From a bacterium (GTDB taxonomy: Bacteria; Bacteroidota; Ignavibacteria; UBA10030): a DNA stretch of 44,844 bases. Positions within the stretch are counted from its first letter, which is position 1; every line of letters begins with the position of its first letter. The DNA is taken from positions 1-44,844 of the forward strand of contig JAZDJN010000114.1 in NCBI GenBank assembly GCA_043803945.1, written 5' to 3'. The position numbers and the translations under genes are program-made. The notes under the pieces were generated by a model. That model saw only the letters and a list, made by a program, of their open reading frames with translations. It made no database searches and was not told the DNA's origin. Below are positions 10,579-19,763 of this stretch, in pieces.

Positions 10579-11907
10579 ATGAAAAAACTAGTTACGATCT
10601 GTCTCATATTTCTATTGTTGTTTCTTGGTTGGATCGGTGGATGCAAGAAAAACGTTACAGAACCGGAAGCAGAACCACAACCTGAGTCGGGGATCGTCAC
10701 CGTTGGTTCGACGGGAAGTGGTACTGTCACTACAAAGAGTGGGCATACAATTTCGGTAATCCCAGGATCTGTTCCTGCAACGCAGGCAGGCGGAATTGCC
10801 AATGTAACTTTTTCGATTGAGAGCCCGGTGATACCTCCGAAACCTCTCTCTGCTGGTGCAACAGGTGTTTCGGATGTGATCCGTGTTGGACCGGAGGGAT
10901 TTTCTTTCCGTTGGCCTATTAAAATAACAATTCCATTCAAGAATGCTGATGCATCGGAAGTACGTCTCCTCTATTTTGATGCCGGTCAGGATCGATGGCG
11001 TGTCACGCCGGCATCGGCAATTGATAATACAAGGAAGATCATCTCCGTCGATGTTATGACGTTGGGCTACTTTGCCGCGGCAAAACTCTCGCAATCCTTC
11101 TCCAAGGGGACCGATAGCGATGCCGACGGTGGATTTGAGTTTACAAGTGAGTCGGGGTGGTACTACACGCTAACTGTGAAATCGGTGACGAACTTTAAAT
11201 ATGCCTATCAAGCCAGTTGGTATGGTACCTCGTTGGTTGGTTCGTCAGGTGCTTCTGGATCGAGCCCGACAGGTACCCCTCTTCAACCCACCCATATCCA
11301 TCTTCCTCAAGCGACTTATGAGATCTGGGTTTCGAGAACAAAACCGGGAACGCTCTCCGAGTTGCCAAAACTGTATACCTACACACTTCCCGGGACCGGC
11401 ACAATTTCGCAATCTGTCACCTACTCCACATTATCGACCGGATCGGGTTGGTCATCGCTCTCGCTTCCAGGCGGTGGTTCTTGGAGAGAGGGGTCACCAA
11501 TAAATTGGCCGGCACCGACAAGTACATACGGAACCGGAGAATTTCAGGCAACACTCACCTGGATTAATAGCAACTCTAAACATACCGATCTCGATCTCCA
11601 TCTCTATGGACCAAATAATATTCATGTCTTTTTTGGAGCGGAACGGACAAGCGATGGGACCCTTGAGCTTGATAGAGATTGGATGGAAGAAATCGGGAAT
11701 GCGGTGGAAAACATCTACAGCTTGAAAAAGATGCCGAGTGGAACCTATACGGTACGTGTCAATCTCTATTCCGGAAATCCTAACGGCTACTCGGTTCGTA
11801 TCGTTCGTTTTGGCGGCGTGAAAACGTATACAGGTTCCTTGAGTACTGTGAATGATTCAAACTCACTTGATAAAATGGTGATCATCGAAACCTTCACAGT
11901 ACAATAA
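10579..11907 (+). CDS. Lipoprotein with a ZU5-like region and C-terminal YfaP/DUF2135-like domain
   Basis: Signal peptide ending IGGC. VIRVGPEGFSFRWPIKITIP is ZU5-like. TLTW...DLDLHLYGP...LDRD...VENIY is YfaP-like. Confidence 0.7.
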   Translation: MKKLVTICLIFLLLFLGWIGGCKKNVTEPEAEPQPESGIVTVGSTGSGTVTTKSGHTISVIPGSVPATQAGGIANVTFSIESPVIPPKPLSAGATGVSDVIRVGPEGFSFRWPIKITIPFKNADASEVRLLYFDAGQDRWRVTPASAIDNTRKIISVDVMTLGYFAAAKLSQSFSKGTDSDADGGFEFTSESGWYYTLTVKSVTNFKYAYQASWYGTSLVGSSGASGSSPTGTPLQPTHIHLPQATYEIWVSRTKPGTLSELPKLYTYTLPGTGTISQSVTYSTLSTGSGWSSLSLPGGGSWREGSPINWPAPTSTYGTGEFQATLTWINSNSKHTDLDLHLYGPNNIHVFFGAERTSDGTLELDRDWMEEIGNAVENIYSLKKMPSGTYTVRVNLYSGNPNGYSVRIVRFGGVKTYTGSLSTVNDSNSLDKMVIIETFTVQ

Positions 11908-11955
11908 TGCTCACTCAGTTATTGCACTTGTTGTGGTTTGACTGCTTCAACGCTG

Positions 11956-11986
11956 AGCCCCACGCGATTCATACCGGTGGGGCTTT
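11956..11986 (+). terminator. Probable intrinsic terminator
   Basis: AGCCCCAC...GTGGGGCT stem followed by a short T run, ~50 bp after the stop codon. Confidence 0.5.
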
Positions 11987-12042
11987 GCACTTCTGCTGAA
12001 GTGATTGGGAAGTGGTACCATCGAATATTCCGCAACTTTTCA

Positions 12043-12071
12043 TTGACGCTGGTATAATTCTTTTATACTAT
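12043..12071 (+). promoter_or_regulatory. Sigma70-like promoter
   Basis: TTGACG-N17-TACTAT about 100 bp upstream of the GH109 gene. Confidence 0.5.
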
Positions 12072-12169
12072 TGCTCAAATGGAGAATATACATCGTCCCT
12101 CTATACTTAAAGTGCTTCCCATAATAAGAATTAGTATGCATTATACTACATCATGGAACAAAGAAAGGA

Positions 12170-13531
12170 ATGCCCATGTCTGAAATTGATCGTCGAGAAT
12201 TTTTAAGAGTAGGGATTGCAGGATTAGGAAGTATCGCTGCCAGCCAGCTTCTTACCCATGAATTGGATGCTATGCCGCAGAAAGGCCCAAGCATGATCGG
12301 CTATGCTGCACCGCCGATGGAGAAGGTGCGCATTGGTTTCGTCGGTGTTGGCGGTATGGGATCAGCCCATTTGTCAAACCTTTTGAAGATTAAAGGAGTA
12401 GAGGTTCGTGCGGTGTGCGATATCGTCGAGAAGAGAGTTGAACGGGCACAAACCATGGTTGAGAAGGCAGGATTTCCGAAACCCGAGGGATATGCGCGCA
12501 GCGAAGAAGATTTCAAACGGCTCTGCCAGCGTGATGATCTCGATCTGGTGTATACAGCGACACCATGGGAATGGCATGTGCCCGTCTGCCTTGCGGCAAT
12601 GAAGAACAGAAAGCATGCCGCATCCGAAGTGCCGATAGCAATCACCATAGACCAATGCTGGCAGTTGGTACGAATGTCCGAGAAGACACGCAAGCACTGC
12701 ATCATGATGGAGAATTGCAACTACGATAAAGTCGAGATGATGATTCTCAATATGGTAAAGAAAGAATTGTTTGGTGAGTTGCTGTATGCAGAGTGCGGAT
12801 ACCTTCATGATCTTCGTGAAGTGAAACACGACTTGAATGGCGAAGGTGCATGGCGCCGCGCCCACGCAATGAAACGAAATGGCGATTTCTATCCAACACA
12901 CGGCCTTGGGCCCATTGCTCAATGCTTCGATATCAATCGTGGAAATTATTTCGACTATCTCGTTTCATTCGGTACAAAAATCCGAGGTCTGCATAAGTTC
13001 GCGATGGAAAAGTTCGGCCCCGACAGTCCGCAGGCAAAAGAAAAATTCAAACTGAGCGATATCGTGACAACACTGCTGAAGACGAAACGGGGCGAGACGA
13101 TTGTGATCAAACACGACACCAATAATCCGCGGCCGTACAGCCGTGATATTCTTGTGCAGGGAACCGGCGGCATCGCGCGGAAATACCCCGATCCGAAAGT
13201 GTACATTGAAGGCAAAAGCGCAAAACCGCATCAATGGGATCCGGTTGATGAGTGGATGAAACAATACAACCACCCGGTCTGGATTCAGATGCAGGAGCAG
13301 AGCAAGGGAGCGGGCCACGGCGGCATGGACTTCATCGAAGACTATCGCCTTATCAATGCTCTGATCAAAGGCGATGTGCCCGACATGGATGTCTACGATG
13401 GTGTGATGATGAGCGCAGTGACGGAATTAAGCGCACGCTCGATAGCTCTCGGAAGTCAGCCGATGAAATTCCCCGATTTCACCGGGGGAAAGTGGAAAGA
13501 GAAACGAGAATTGATGGTGATGAAAGTGTAG
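12170..13531 (+). CDS. GH109 NAD-dependent alpha-N-acetylgalactosaminidase-like protein, Tat-exported
   Basis: DRREFL leader, GVGGMG, TATPWEWH, EVP, MENCNY, YPTHG and GHGGMD motifs. Confidence 0.88.
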   Translation: MPMSEIDRREFLRVGIAGLGSIAASQLLTHELDAMPQKGPSMIGYAAPPMEKVRIGFVGVGGMGSAHLSNLLKIKGVEVRAVCDIVEKRVERAQTMVEKAGFPKPEGYARSEEDFKRLCQRDDLDLVYTATPWEWHVPVCLAAMKNRKHAASEVPIAITIDQCWQLVRMSEKTRKHCIMMENCNYDKVEMMILNMVKKELFGELLYAECGYLHDLREVKHDLNGEGAWRRAHAMKRNGDFYPTHGLGPIAQCFDINRGNYFDYLVSFGTKIRGLHKFAMEKFGPDSPQAKEKFKLSDIVTTLLKTKRGETIVIKHDTNNPRPYSRDILVQGTGGIARKYPDPKVYIEGKSAKPHQWDPVDEWMKQYNHPVWIQMQEQSKGAGHGGMDFIEDYRLINALIKGDVPDMDVYDGVMMSAVTELSARSIALGSQPMKFPDFTGGKWKEKRELMVMKV

Positions 13532-13611
13532 CAAAGGGTAGCAGTAACAATGGTAGAAAAGGAGATGACGAATATGGACGTGATCTCCTTTTTTTAAGAC
13601 CGAAAATTTTC

Positions 13612-13738
13612 TAACCGCCAAGATCGGCAAAAACATAAAAGGACTTTAGGAAGTGTTTCTTTTGTGAGTATTTATTGAATTTCAAATTATTTCCTGGCGT
13701 TTTGGTGTCTTGCTTGCCCCGATTCATCGGGGACGGTT
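13612..13738. repeat. 9-mer-arm palindromic element with a nested CCCCGAT...ATCGGGG hairpin
   Basis: Left arm TAACCGCCAAGA. Right arm TGGCGTTTTGGTGTCTTG[CTTGCCCCGATTCATCGGG]GACGGTT. Confidence 0.65.
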
Positions 13739-13784
13739 CAAATCTTTACGAACCTGAGTCACTGAAAATCATTCTGGAGCGATA

Positions 13785-14531
13785 ATGAAGTTCGAAAACA
13801 AAGTTATTCTCGTCACTGCCGGTAACAGAGGAATCGGATTATCGACAACGAAGCTCTTTCTTGCTGAGGGAGCGAAGCTTGTTATTGCAGCCCGCAATCG
13901 TGAGCTGGGTGAACGGGTTGCAGCGGAACTTGGTGTCCACTTCGTTCAAACGGACGTTCGCAGTGCACAGGATTGCGAGCGAGCTGTAGCAGAAACGGTG
14001 AGGATTCATGGTCGGTTCGATGTTCTTGTCAATTGCGCCGGTATCATTCTGCGCTTCAAGACGGTGGAGGAGACAACAGAGGCACAGTGGGATGACCTGC
14101 TCGACACGAATCTCAAAGGAGCATTCCTCATGTCGAAGTATGCCATGCCGCATTTACGGAAGACGACAGGGACAATCGTGAATGTCGCCTCGTATGTGGG
14201 GCTTGTCGGATTTCCCGGTTCGGCTCCGTATGCAGCGTCCAAAGCGGGACTCGTAAATCTTACCCGCTCGATGGCGCTCGATCACGCGAAAGAGAATATT
14301 CGCATCAACTGTGTCTGTCCGGGCAGCGTTGCCACGGATATGATTACGGAGGCCTGGAATATGTTTCCGGATGTTGCTGAAGCAGAGCGGCTTTGGAAAT
14401 CGAAACATCCCCTGGGGCGCATCGCTCAGCCCGAAGAGGTTGCACGCGCGATTCTCTTCCTGGCCAGCAGCGAGGCGAGCTTCATTACCGGTGCGGCGTT
14501 GCCGGTGGATGGAGGAATTACGGCGGAGTGA
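13785..14531 (+). CDS. Classical short-chain dehydrogenase/reductase
   Basis: TAGNRGIG, VNCAG, YAASK, NCVCPG and VDGG motifs. Confidence 0.93.
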   Translation: MKFENKVILVTAGNRGIGLSTTKLFLAEGAKLVIAARNRELGERVAAELGVHFVQTDVRSAQDCERAVAETVRIHGRFDVLVNCAGIILRFKTVEETTEAQWDDLLDTNLKGAFLMSKYAMPHLRKTTGTIVNVASYVGLVGFPGSAPYAASKAGLVNLTRSMALDHAKENIRINCVCPGSVATDMITEAWNMFPDVAEAERLWKSKHPLGRIAQPEEVARAILFLASSEASFITGAALPVDGGITAE

Positions 14532-14532
14532 A

Positions 14533-14656
14533 GGAATGTGGGAATGTGGGAATATGGGAATGAGGGAAATGTGGAATTAGGATTGTAAAATGCTAAATTG
14601 AGATTGAAAGAATGGGAGATTGATGATGAAGCAGAAGAAAATGGCGAATGACGAAT
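14533..14656 (+). repeat. Degenerate purine-rich 8-mer tract (GGAATGTG)n
   Basis: GGAATGTGGGAATGTGGGAATATGGGAATGAGGGAAATGTGGAA begins directly after the SDR stop codon. Confidence 0.8.
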
Positions 14657-14810
14657 CGTTATTCTGAATTTGATGCCGATACAAGACGTTCTCTCAATTT
14701 GCGAGAATATCCAGAATGCGGTTAGTCAAGTACCGCAAGAACTATGATCGATATCGAGGAATGATTGTTAGCAAAATGTGGTCTCTCTCTTTTTTTCAGA
14801 TTTCCTTTCA

Positions 14811-14862
14811 GCATAACCAAACGAGCGAGCGTCGCAAGCACGATTGATATACGCCGCGCAGC
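14811..14862 (-). mobile_element. Shortened, degenerate attC site closing the cassette array
   Basis: Minus strand reads GCTGCGCGGC-GTATATC (mutated R'') ... GTTATGC (R'), 14 bp after the 14877 stop codon. Confidence 0.6.
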
Positions 14863-14876
14863 GAAACAAAAAATCG

Positions 14877-15791
14877 TCAGTCTTGTCGTGGATTAAGGGT
14901 TTTTGAAAATAAGGTGTATAATGCCTCGGTCTCTTCTAACCACCACTCAGTGCCGCAAACAAGCCAGCCGTGTGGAAGAATGTTCAATTGAGAGTGATTA
15001 TGAAGTAACGAAAGACTGCCTAGCTCAACACTACTGGTGAATAATGGATGAGAATTAGAGAAGATCAAAGCGCTTATGAAACCATAGGTACAGTCAAGGA
15101 AAATGTTAGTGGGCACCAATGCACCGGACTTCTTTACTATCTGAGATCTGCCCTTGGGGCCCTCATAGATGACTTGTTTGGTATTTACGTCGAGAATTAT
15201 TGAATCTTGGCCAAGGGGCAAAACAGCCTGAATTACATATGGAAGACTGCCCAAGAGGTTTGTGCCCGAATACTGAATCGGCAGGCCTGCTCCATTTATA
15301 GCAATCAGGAATGGATCGTTAGGTGGCACAAGTCCCTTGCTCAAATGGCGCAAGTGGTTACAGTATTTGTCTCTGATTGCAGAACAGAAACGAAGTACGA
15401 TCTGATCATCGGGAATAACATTAAAAGAATGAGTCATGGGATTGTTTACGTCCTTAAGTGAATCAGGTCCTTTCCCAATTTCTGGTGTGACAGCTTCGAT
15501 CCAAACGTGGGATTTCTCTTGTGCGATGCAGAAGTCTGGTCCGGATGATGGACGAGCATTTTTTGGCACAAGAGTGAAACCAGAATTAAGTAAAGCGCAA
15601 CCGAGATACATCTCCCAGAAGTGAGATATACACTTTTGCGGAAAAGAACAGTCAAAATCTCTGTCAGCGTATGGTTGGAACTGATCATTATAGAGTCGGT
15701 TGATGAATGATCTTTGTTTAGCGAGATTTGAATTATCTCGTAGCTGAACATAGATTGAGTCGGATGAGTTTGTTGATTTGAACAGATCCAT
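14877..15791 (-). CDS. Hypothetical cassette protein, probable PD-(D/E)xK nuclease fold
   Basis: FWEMYLG...GPDFCI...VWIEAVTP pattern. Located between attC-like sites. Confidence 0.6.
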   Translation of the reverse strand: MDLFKSTNSSDSIYVQLRDNSNLAKQRSFINRLYNDQFQPYADRDFDCSFPQKCISHFWEMYLGCALLNSGFTLVPKNARPSSGPDFCIAQEKSHVWIEAVTPEIGKGPDSLKDVNNPMTHSFNVIPDDQIVLRFCSAIRDKYCNHLRHLSKGLVPPNDPFLIAINGAGLPIQYSGTNLLGSLPYVIQAVLPLGQDSIILDVNTKQVIYEGPKGRSQIVKKSGALVPTNIFLDCTYGFISALIFSNSHPLFTSSVELGSLSLLHNHSQLNILPHGWLVCGTEWWLEETEALYTLFSKTLNPRQD

Positions 15792-15804
15792 AATGATTCT
15801 TTCA

Positions 15805-15945
15805 TTGTTAACGGTCTGCTGTAACTATACTCCTTCGCAACAATCTTTTACCTTGGATTTTTTTAATCGCTGGTAACTGTTCGTATATTAAATTGTCATT
15901 TGATAACTCAATTCAAAATATTCGAAGCGAGAGGGGAGCGACTAC
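15805..15945 (-). other. Possible decayed internal attC half-site
   Basis: Minus strand TTACAGCAGACC-GTTAACA just upstream of the 15791 start, with weak arms CTCCTTCGC / GCGAGAGGGGAG. No R'' box found. Confidence 0.35.
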
Positions 15946-15966
15946 TATGTAAGATTGAGTAACTGA

Positions 15967-17367
15967 TTAGCCCGAGCAAATGTTAAGATATTTATGATAA
16001 AGGCGTGTAGTTTCTTGGTCTATATCTTGTTCAAATGTTATATATTCGATTACCACACCATTCTCTTTAGCAAGATTTCGTTTGAATTCATCACGTGCAA
16101 CAATTTCCGAATGACCTTCAATTCCGCCGAATATATCAATGGGGTGAAAATGTTGTTCTCCTTGATATTCAATTGCAAGATTGAAATCAGAAACAAATGC
16201 ATCGAAGCGCAGATGCTGTAACCACTTTGGCGAGTATTGAGTGAGTACTTCATGAGGATGAAACTTCAGGCGTAAAAGACGAACCATCTCTGCTTCTGAT
16301 AACCATCCTTCTCCCCTCAGAGGTAAATTATTTTCCAACCGAATCCATTTCTCAGCTTCAAGAAGAATCATTTTGATTGCTTGTGAAACCTCATTTTGCT
16401 CGTAGAAACCAAAGTTTCCAAGGATTGTTTTACCATAAAATGAAATGAAATCCGAATGATTCGTCAATTCGAACTCTAAAAGTTTTGAGTCAATTAGTCT
16501 ACAGAAATCTTTTTTATGAAAATCAATGATCAGTCGATTTATCAATCCCTTCGACAAATGCTCAACAACTATTTGTCCGTCAAGCTTTCGTTTTTCTTGG
16601 ACCAGAGACTTAAGAACAGATGTGGCAGTAGGAGCAGGATCAGCATATTTTGGACCTATCCCTAAATATGCTTTCTCTAAAATGTTATTAAACTCATTAT
16701 CGTTGTAGGTATCTGGTAGAGCTTTTGTGGTTTTTCCTAGTAGTCGAGTACGTATCTTTTCAAGGTTGGTACTTGAAATCCAGCGTTTTGCAGTCTGTTC
16801 TATAATTGATGCATTACCTAACCTTGCAGTTAGAATGGCCGCGGTTTTTGGGAATTCATTTTGAAAACTATTCCAGTTTCTTTGATCAATAATAGTAAAG
16901 TACTCTTGTACAGCTGCGATAGCAAGAGCATGTATTCTGTAGTCTGGAATTACAGCGACGGTTTCTTGTTCGAAGTATTTGAGAGAATCTCGATATTTAC
17001 CAAGTAAAAAACTACATTTCCAAAGTCTCCAGTAGTCTTTAAATCGGCCTGTATTATGAAAATCTTGATAAATTCTCAACGCCTCTTCGAATCGTCCCTC
17101 TTGTAAATATAGGTCTCCCACTTTAAAACCGTCGCCAACCACTACCAAATCGCTTATGGCAGTATCCTTTTTGCCATAAGTTAAATTGAGTTCTGCAATA
17201 TCTCGCTTGAGTTGGCGCTGTAGATCTAGATAATCCGTTAGATCATCCTGGGCTATTTCATATGCAATTCTGAGTAGACGTGTTGCCAAGATTGGTTTTT
17301 TATCTTGATCACGTGCTTGCCATGCATAATGCTTTATCAACATTACTAGAGAATATGGATCGATCAT
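15967..17367 (-). CDS. Helical/TPR-like N-terminus plus C-terminal Vsr/DUF559-like endonuclease domain
   Basis: VGDLYLQEGRFEEALRIY is TPR-like. C-terminal WLQHLRFDAFV...AIEYQGEQHF..IDIFGG...RDEFK. Visibly AT-rich compared with the backbone. Confidence 0.7.
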   Translation of the reverse strand: MIDPYSLVMLIKHYAWQARDQDKKPILATRLLRIAYEIAQDDLTDYLDLQRQLKRDIAELNLTYGKKDTAISDLVVVGDGFKVGDLYLQEGRFEEALRIYQDFHNTGRFKDYWRLWKCSFLLGKYRDSLKYFEQETVAVIPDYRIHALAIAAVQEYFTIIDQRNWNSFQNEFPKTAAILTARLGNASIIEQTAKRWISSTNLEKIRTRLLGKTTKALPDTYNDNEFNNILEKAYLGIGPKYADPAPTATSVLKSLVQEKRKLDGQIVVEHLSKGLINRLIIDFHKKDFCRLIDSKLLEFELTNHSDFISFYGKTILGNFGFYEQNEVSQAIKMILLEAEKWIRLENNLPLRGEGWLSEAEMVRLLRLKFHPHEVLTQYSPKWLQHLRFDAFVSDFNLAIEYQGEQHFHPIDIFGGIEGHSEIVARDEFKRNLAKENGVVIEYITFEQDIDQETTRLYHKYLNICSG

Positions 17368-17415
17368 GGTATTTTTATCTATTAAGCAAGCTAATCCGAT
17401 AAAATGCTGCGTGGC

Positions 17416-17570
17416 GTATAACGTTTGCGGTGGTAACGCAGCCCCGCCCGCCGCTATGAAAAAACATAATTGGGTGGCGAGGCGGGGTTGAGCGACCTCA
17501 ATAACATGATTTACATAGATTCATATTCGGTTTATCAGACAAGGGAGCGTCATTACCACCGCTGTTATGC
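17416..17570 (-). mobile_element. Integron attC recombination site (155 bp)
   Basis: Minus strand GCATAAC-AGCGGTGGTAA ... TTACCACCGC-AAAC-GTTATAC: R''/R'-like boxes, a perfect 10-bp stem and an inner GC hairpin. Lies between two co-oriented genes. Confidence 0.85.
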
Positions 17571-17645
17571 GCAGCGCAGCCGTTCCGTGCTCAATATTGA
17601 TCAAAAGGATTGAGCTGATTGAATAGACATATATTTGCAAATGAT

Positions 17646-18416
17646 TCAACTGTCCTCGATTCGACGTACCTTGAATTCCCCTGGGACTTTCTGCATCTGA
17701 TAAAGTTGAGTTGGAGACCCAGCTAGAATTGTGGAAATAATTTCCTTGCGAACATCTGAGATTTCACAACCGAAGTAGATAGCTGTCAACGATTGAGCTT
17801 GGATGCTATATTGTTGATCACCCACCATATGAAAAATACGCCACTCTTTCTCATATGACCAGTGTTTCGATTTTGTCCATACCAAAGCCATAAGAGGCTG
17901 GCTTGGCTCTTCTTTGAGAAATTCAACTGGATTCAATGTAGGGAGAACGTCTGAATAGTCTACAGGATTTGCTTTGTGGAACGGATCGTAGTGTGTGTCG
18001 AATTCTAGGCAAAATCCGCGATGGCCATCTGTGTAATGAGACCACATCAGAATGTCGTCGAAGGTCTCGGAGAAACAAGCAACTCCACGGTCATTCAATG
18101 TCGTGTTTAGGCGGCGATCGAAATAGTCCTTGATTAGAGAGCGAATATGATCTTTGAATACATCGTTACAGTTTCCGTCGCGAGAGTACACAATATCGAA
18201 CTCTTCCTTGTTCGAAATTGCCTCCCTAGCATCCTTGTAGATTCGCTGCCACTCGGTAGACGAAGGTTCTGAAAGAATAGGAGTGATAGCACAGTCAAAT
18301 GGGTCGTTGAATTGAGACGGCTTAGAAAACCGAAGCTGTCTGTTCTTCAGGTTGTCCAAAGATCGTACCGTATATGGTTGGTACTTGTAAAGTTTAGGTG
18401 GTAATTGAGCATCCAT
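17646..18416 (-). CDS. DUF2971-domain protein (gene cassette)
   Basis: LYKY, FNDPFDC, CFSE...LMWSHY...HRGFCLEF and KSKHWSYEKEWR motifs. Confidence 0.88.
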   Translation of the reverse strand: MDAQLPPKLYKYQPYTVRSLDNLKNRQLRFSKPSQFNDPFDCAITPILSEPSSTEWQRIYKDAREAISNKEEFDIVYSRDGNCNDVFKDHIRSLIKDYFDRRLNTTLNDRGVACFSETFDDILMWSHYTDGHRGFCLEFDTHYDPFHKANPVDYSDVLPTLNPVEFLKEEPSQPLMALVWTKSKHWSYEKEWRIFHMVGDQQYSIQAQSLTAIYFGCEISDVRKEIISTILAGSPTQLYQMQKVPGEFKVRRIEDS

Positions 18417-18451
18417 TGTATGATTGTCTAAAGAAGCCCAACTCCTGGTCA

Positions 18452-18480
18452 GGCTGTGTTGCGCATAACGTTTAGGTAAT
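18452..18480 (-). mobile_element. First crossover site of the array (attI-like or remnant attC R')
   Basis: Minus strand AAAC-GTTATGCGCAACACAGCC is complementary (16/18) to the cassette's own attC left end at 17564-17581. No partner arm is seen upstream. Confidence 0.65.
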
Positions 18481-18991
18481 CACATATTGCGTTTATTCCA
18501 TTTAAATCAGTATGAAGGCCGCAGTGCGACTATTTCTCCTATAGACACAAAAACCTCTTTCATCGATACACGAATCAGAAGGTCTATTGTTCAATAGCAT
18601 TATTTTCAGGAGTTGCACGGTTTACTCCTTCGGAAGTACTCTTAATCCTTCCCAATGGAATGCCCCAGCACGGTACTTAAGGTATGACTATTAGTGTCAA
18701 AGTAAAGATGTTTGCAGGTATAGTCAATAGCACAAATCGGTGATGGTTGGAATATCTATGTCGCAGGAATGAAGACGAAGTAAGTAAAGTGGATTTTCCT
18801 TGTTACTCATCCATACATCCACCTTGCCTCTGATTCTAAACATATTGACGGGTAATCCAACATTCTACACCCCGATCGAAATATAACAGTAAGAGTGATT
18901 TCAATTCTCTCTGCTGTTCGACTCCTTCCTTGTTAACCTCCGCGGTCAGCAGCGCTTCAAGAAATTAATGGGGTAAGTAATCAGAAACGCC

Positions 18992-19024
18992 TACGTCGCT
19001 GGAGAGTTGCCGCGGCTTAGGCAT
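18992..19024 (-). pseudogene. hicA: N-terminal remnant of a HicA toxin
   Basis: The ATG overlaps the hicB end. MPKPRQLSSDV resembles a HicA start (MPKLxxLSG) and similarity then stops. Confidence 0.5.
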
Positions 19025-19250
19025 TGGAAGGCTCTAATTCCATCGTCAGCAAGAGCGTGGGATTCGGGGCTAGACCAAATTCAGCAGGATTTTCATTCTC
19101 AAGATGGAGAGCGACAGCTTCGCGCAGATTCGCGATGGTTTCGTCCAGAGTGCGCCCTTGAGTAACAACGCTGATCTCTAGGCACTCAGCAACGTATTGG
19201 TTTTCGCCTTTTCTGATGAAGGCCTTGATGTTGTGTTGGAGTGCAGTCAT
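19017..19250 (-). CDS. hicB: HicB family antitoxin (short form)
   Basis: YVAECLEISVVTQGRTLDETIANLREAVALHLE. Confidence 0.88.
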   Translation of the reverse strand: MTALQHNIKAFIRKGENQYVAECLEISVVTQGRTLDETIANLREAVALHLENENPAEFGLAPNPTLLLTMELEPSNA

Positions 19251-19399
19251 ACGATTCTTTCTCCGATTGATCTCTATTTTAATAGTAGTTAATTGAATCA
19301 AGAGATTCAAGAGGCACAAACAAATTGGGAATAATTGGAAGATGAAGGTCGCAGGAATGAAGACGAAGTAATGTACCTAATGGTGTGTGTCTAATAAAT

Positions 19400-19605
19400 T
19401 GGATTCAGCATCAAATTCCGCAGTCAATATTTCGCATTCCGTATTTAAACCCCCTCATTTCGCATTCAAAATTCCGTATTCTTCATCTTCCTCCTATCTT
19501 TTGCATTTATCTGTTTTCTGCTGGCTGCTATCTGCCGTCTACTTTCATCTCACTTCTCTCGTCTTACTATTCTCGTCTCACTTCTCACGTCTTACATCTC
19601 ACCCC
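19400..19605. repeat. Mosaic of degenerate 7-mer tracts (ATTCCGC, TTCTGCT, TCTCACT types)
   Basis: Pyrimidine-rich on the plus strand with 7-bp periodicity, e.g. TCTCACTTCTCACGTCTTACATCTCAC. Confidence 0.7.
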
Positions 19606-19675
19606 TCATTCCAATAAACCGACCGTCTTCTCCACCTCCTCCAGTATTTCGCACGACTTCACAACACCCTTGCAT
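19606..19675 (-). repeat. Diverged duplicate of the last 22 codons of the ammonia-lyase gene
   Basis: Encodes KGVVKSCEILEEVEKTVGLLE* versus the gene end KGVVKSCEILEEVEKTVGSLE* (19764-19829). Confidence 0.92.
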
Positions 19676-19707
19676 ATAGACCTAACCGTTCGCATCGCGA
19701 ATTGGGT

Positions 19708-19757
19708 AGAAGTCCGTCTTTTACCTTTGATTGATCATTGTAAAAAGACGGACTTCT
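19708..19757. mobile_element. 50-bp empty element with a perfect 15-bp terminal IR (may also act as terminator)
   Basis: AGAAGTCCGTCTTTT ... AAAAGACGGACTTCT. The same ends recur at 42457, 44094 and 44368. Confidence 0.7.
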
Positions 19758-19763
19758 TCAAAG

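Larger units (their letters stand above)
18760..19371. repeat. 24-bp perfect direct repeat flanking the hicB locus
   Basis: GTCGCAGGAATGAAGACGAAGTAA at 18760-18783 and 19348-19371. Confidence 0.85.

Noticed and set aside
14700-14775. TGCTAAC on the minus strand as the start of a further attC
   Set aside because: No matching GTTRRRY box or convincing stem was found.
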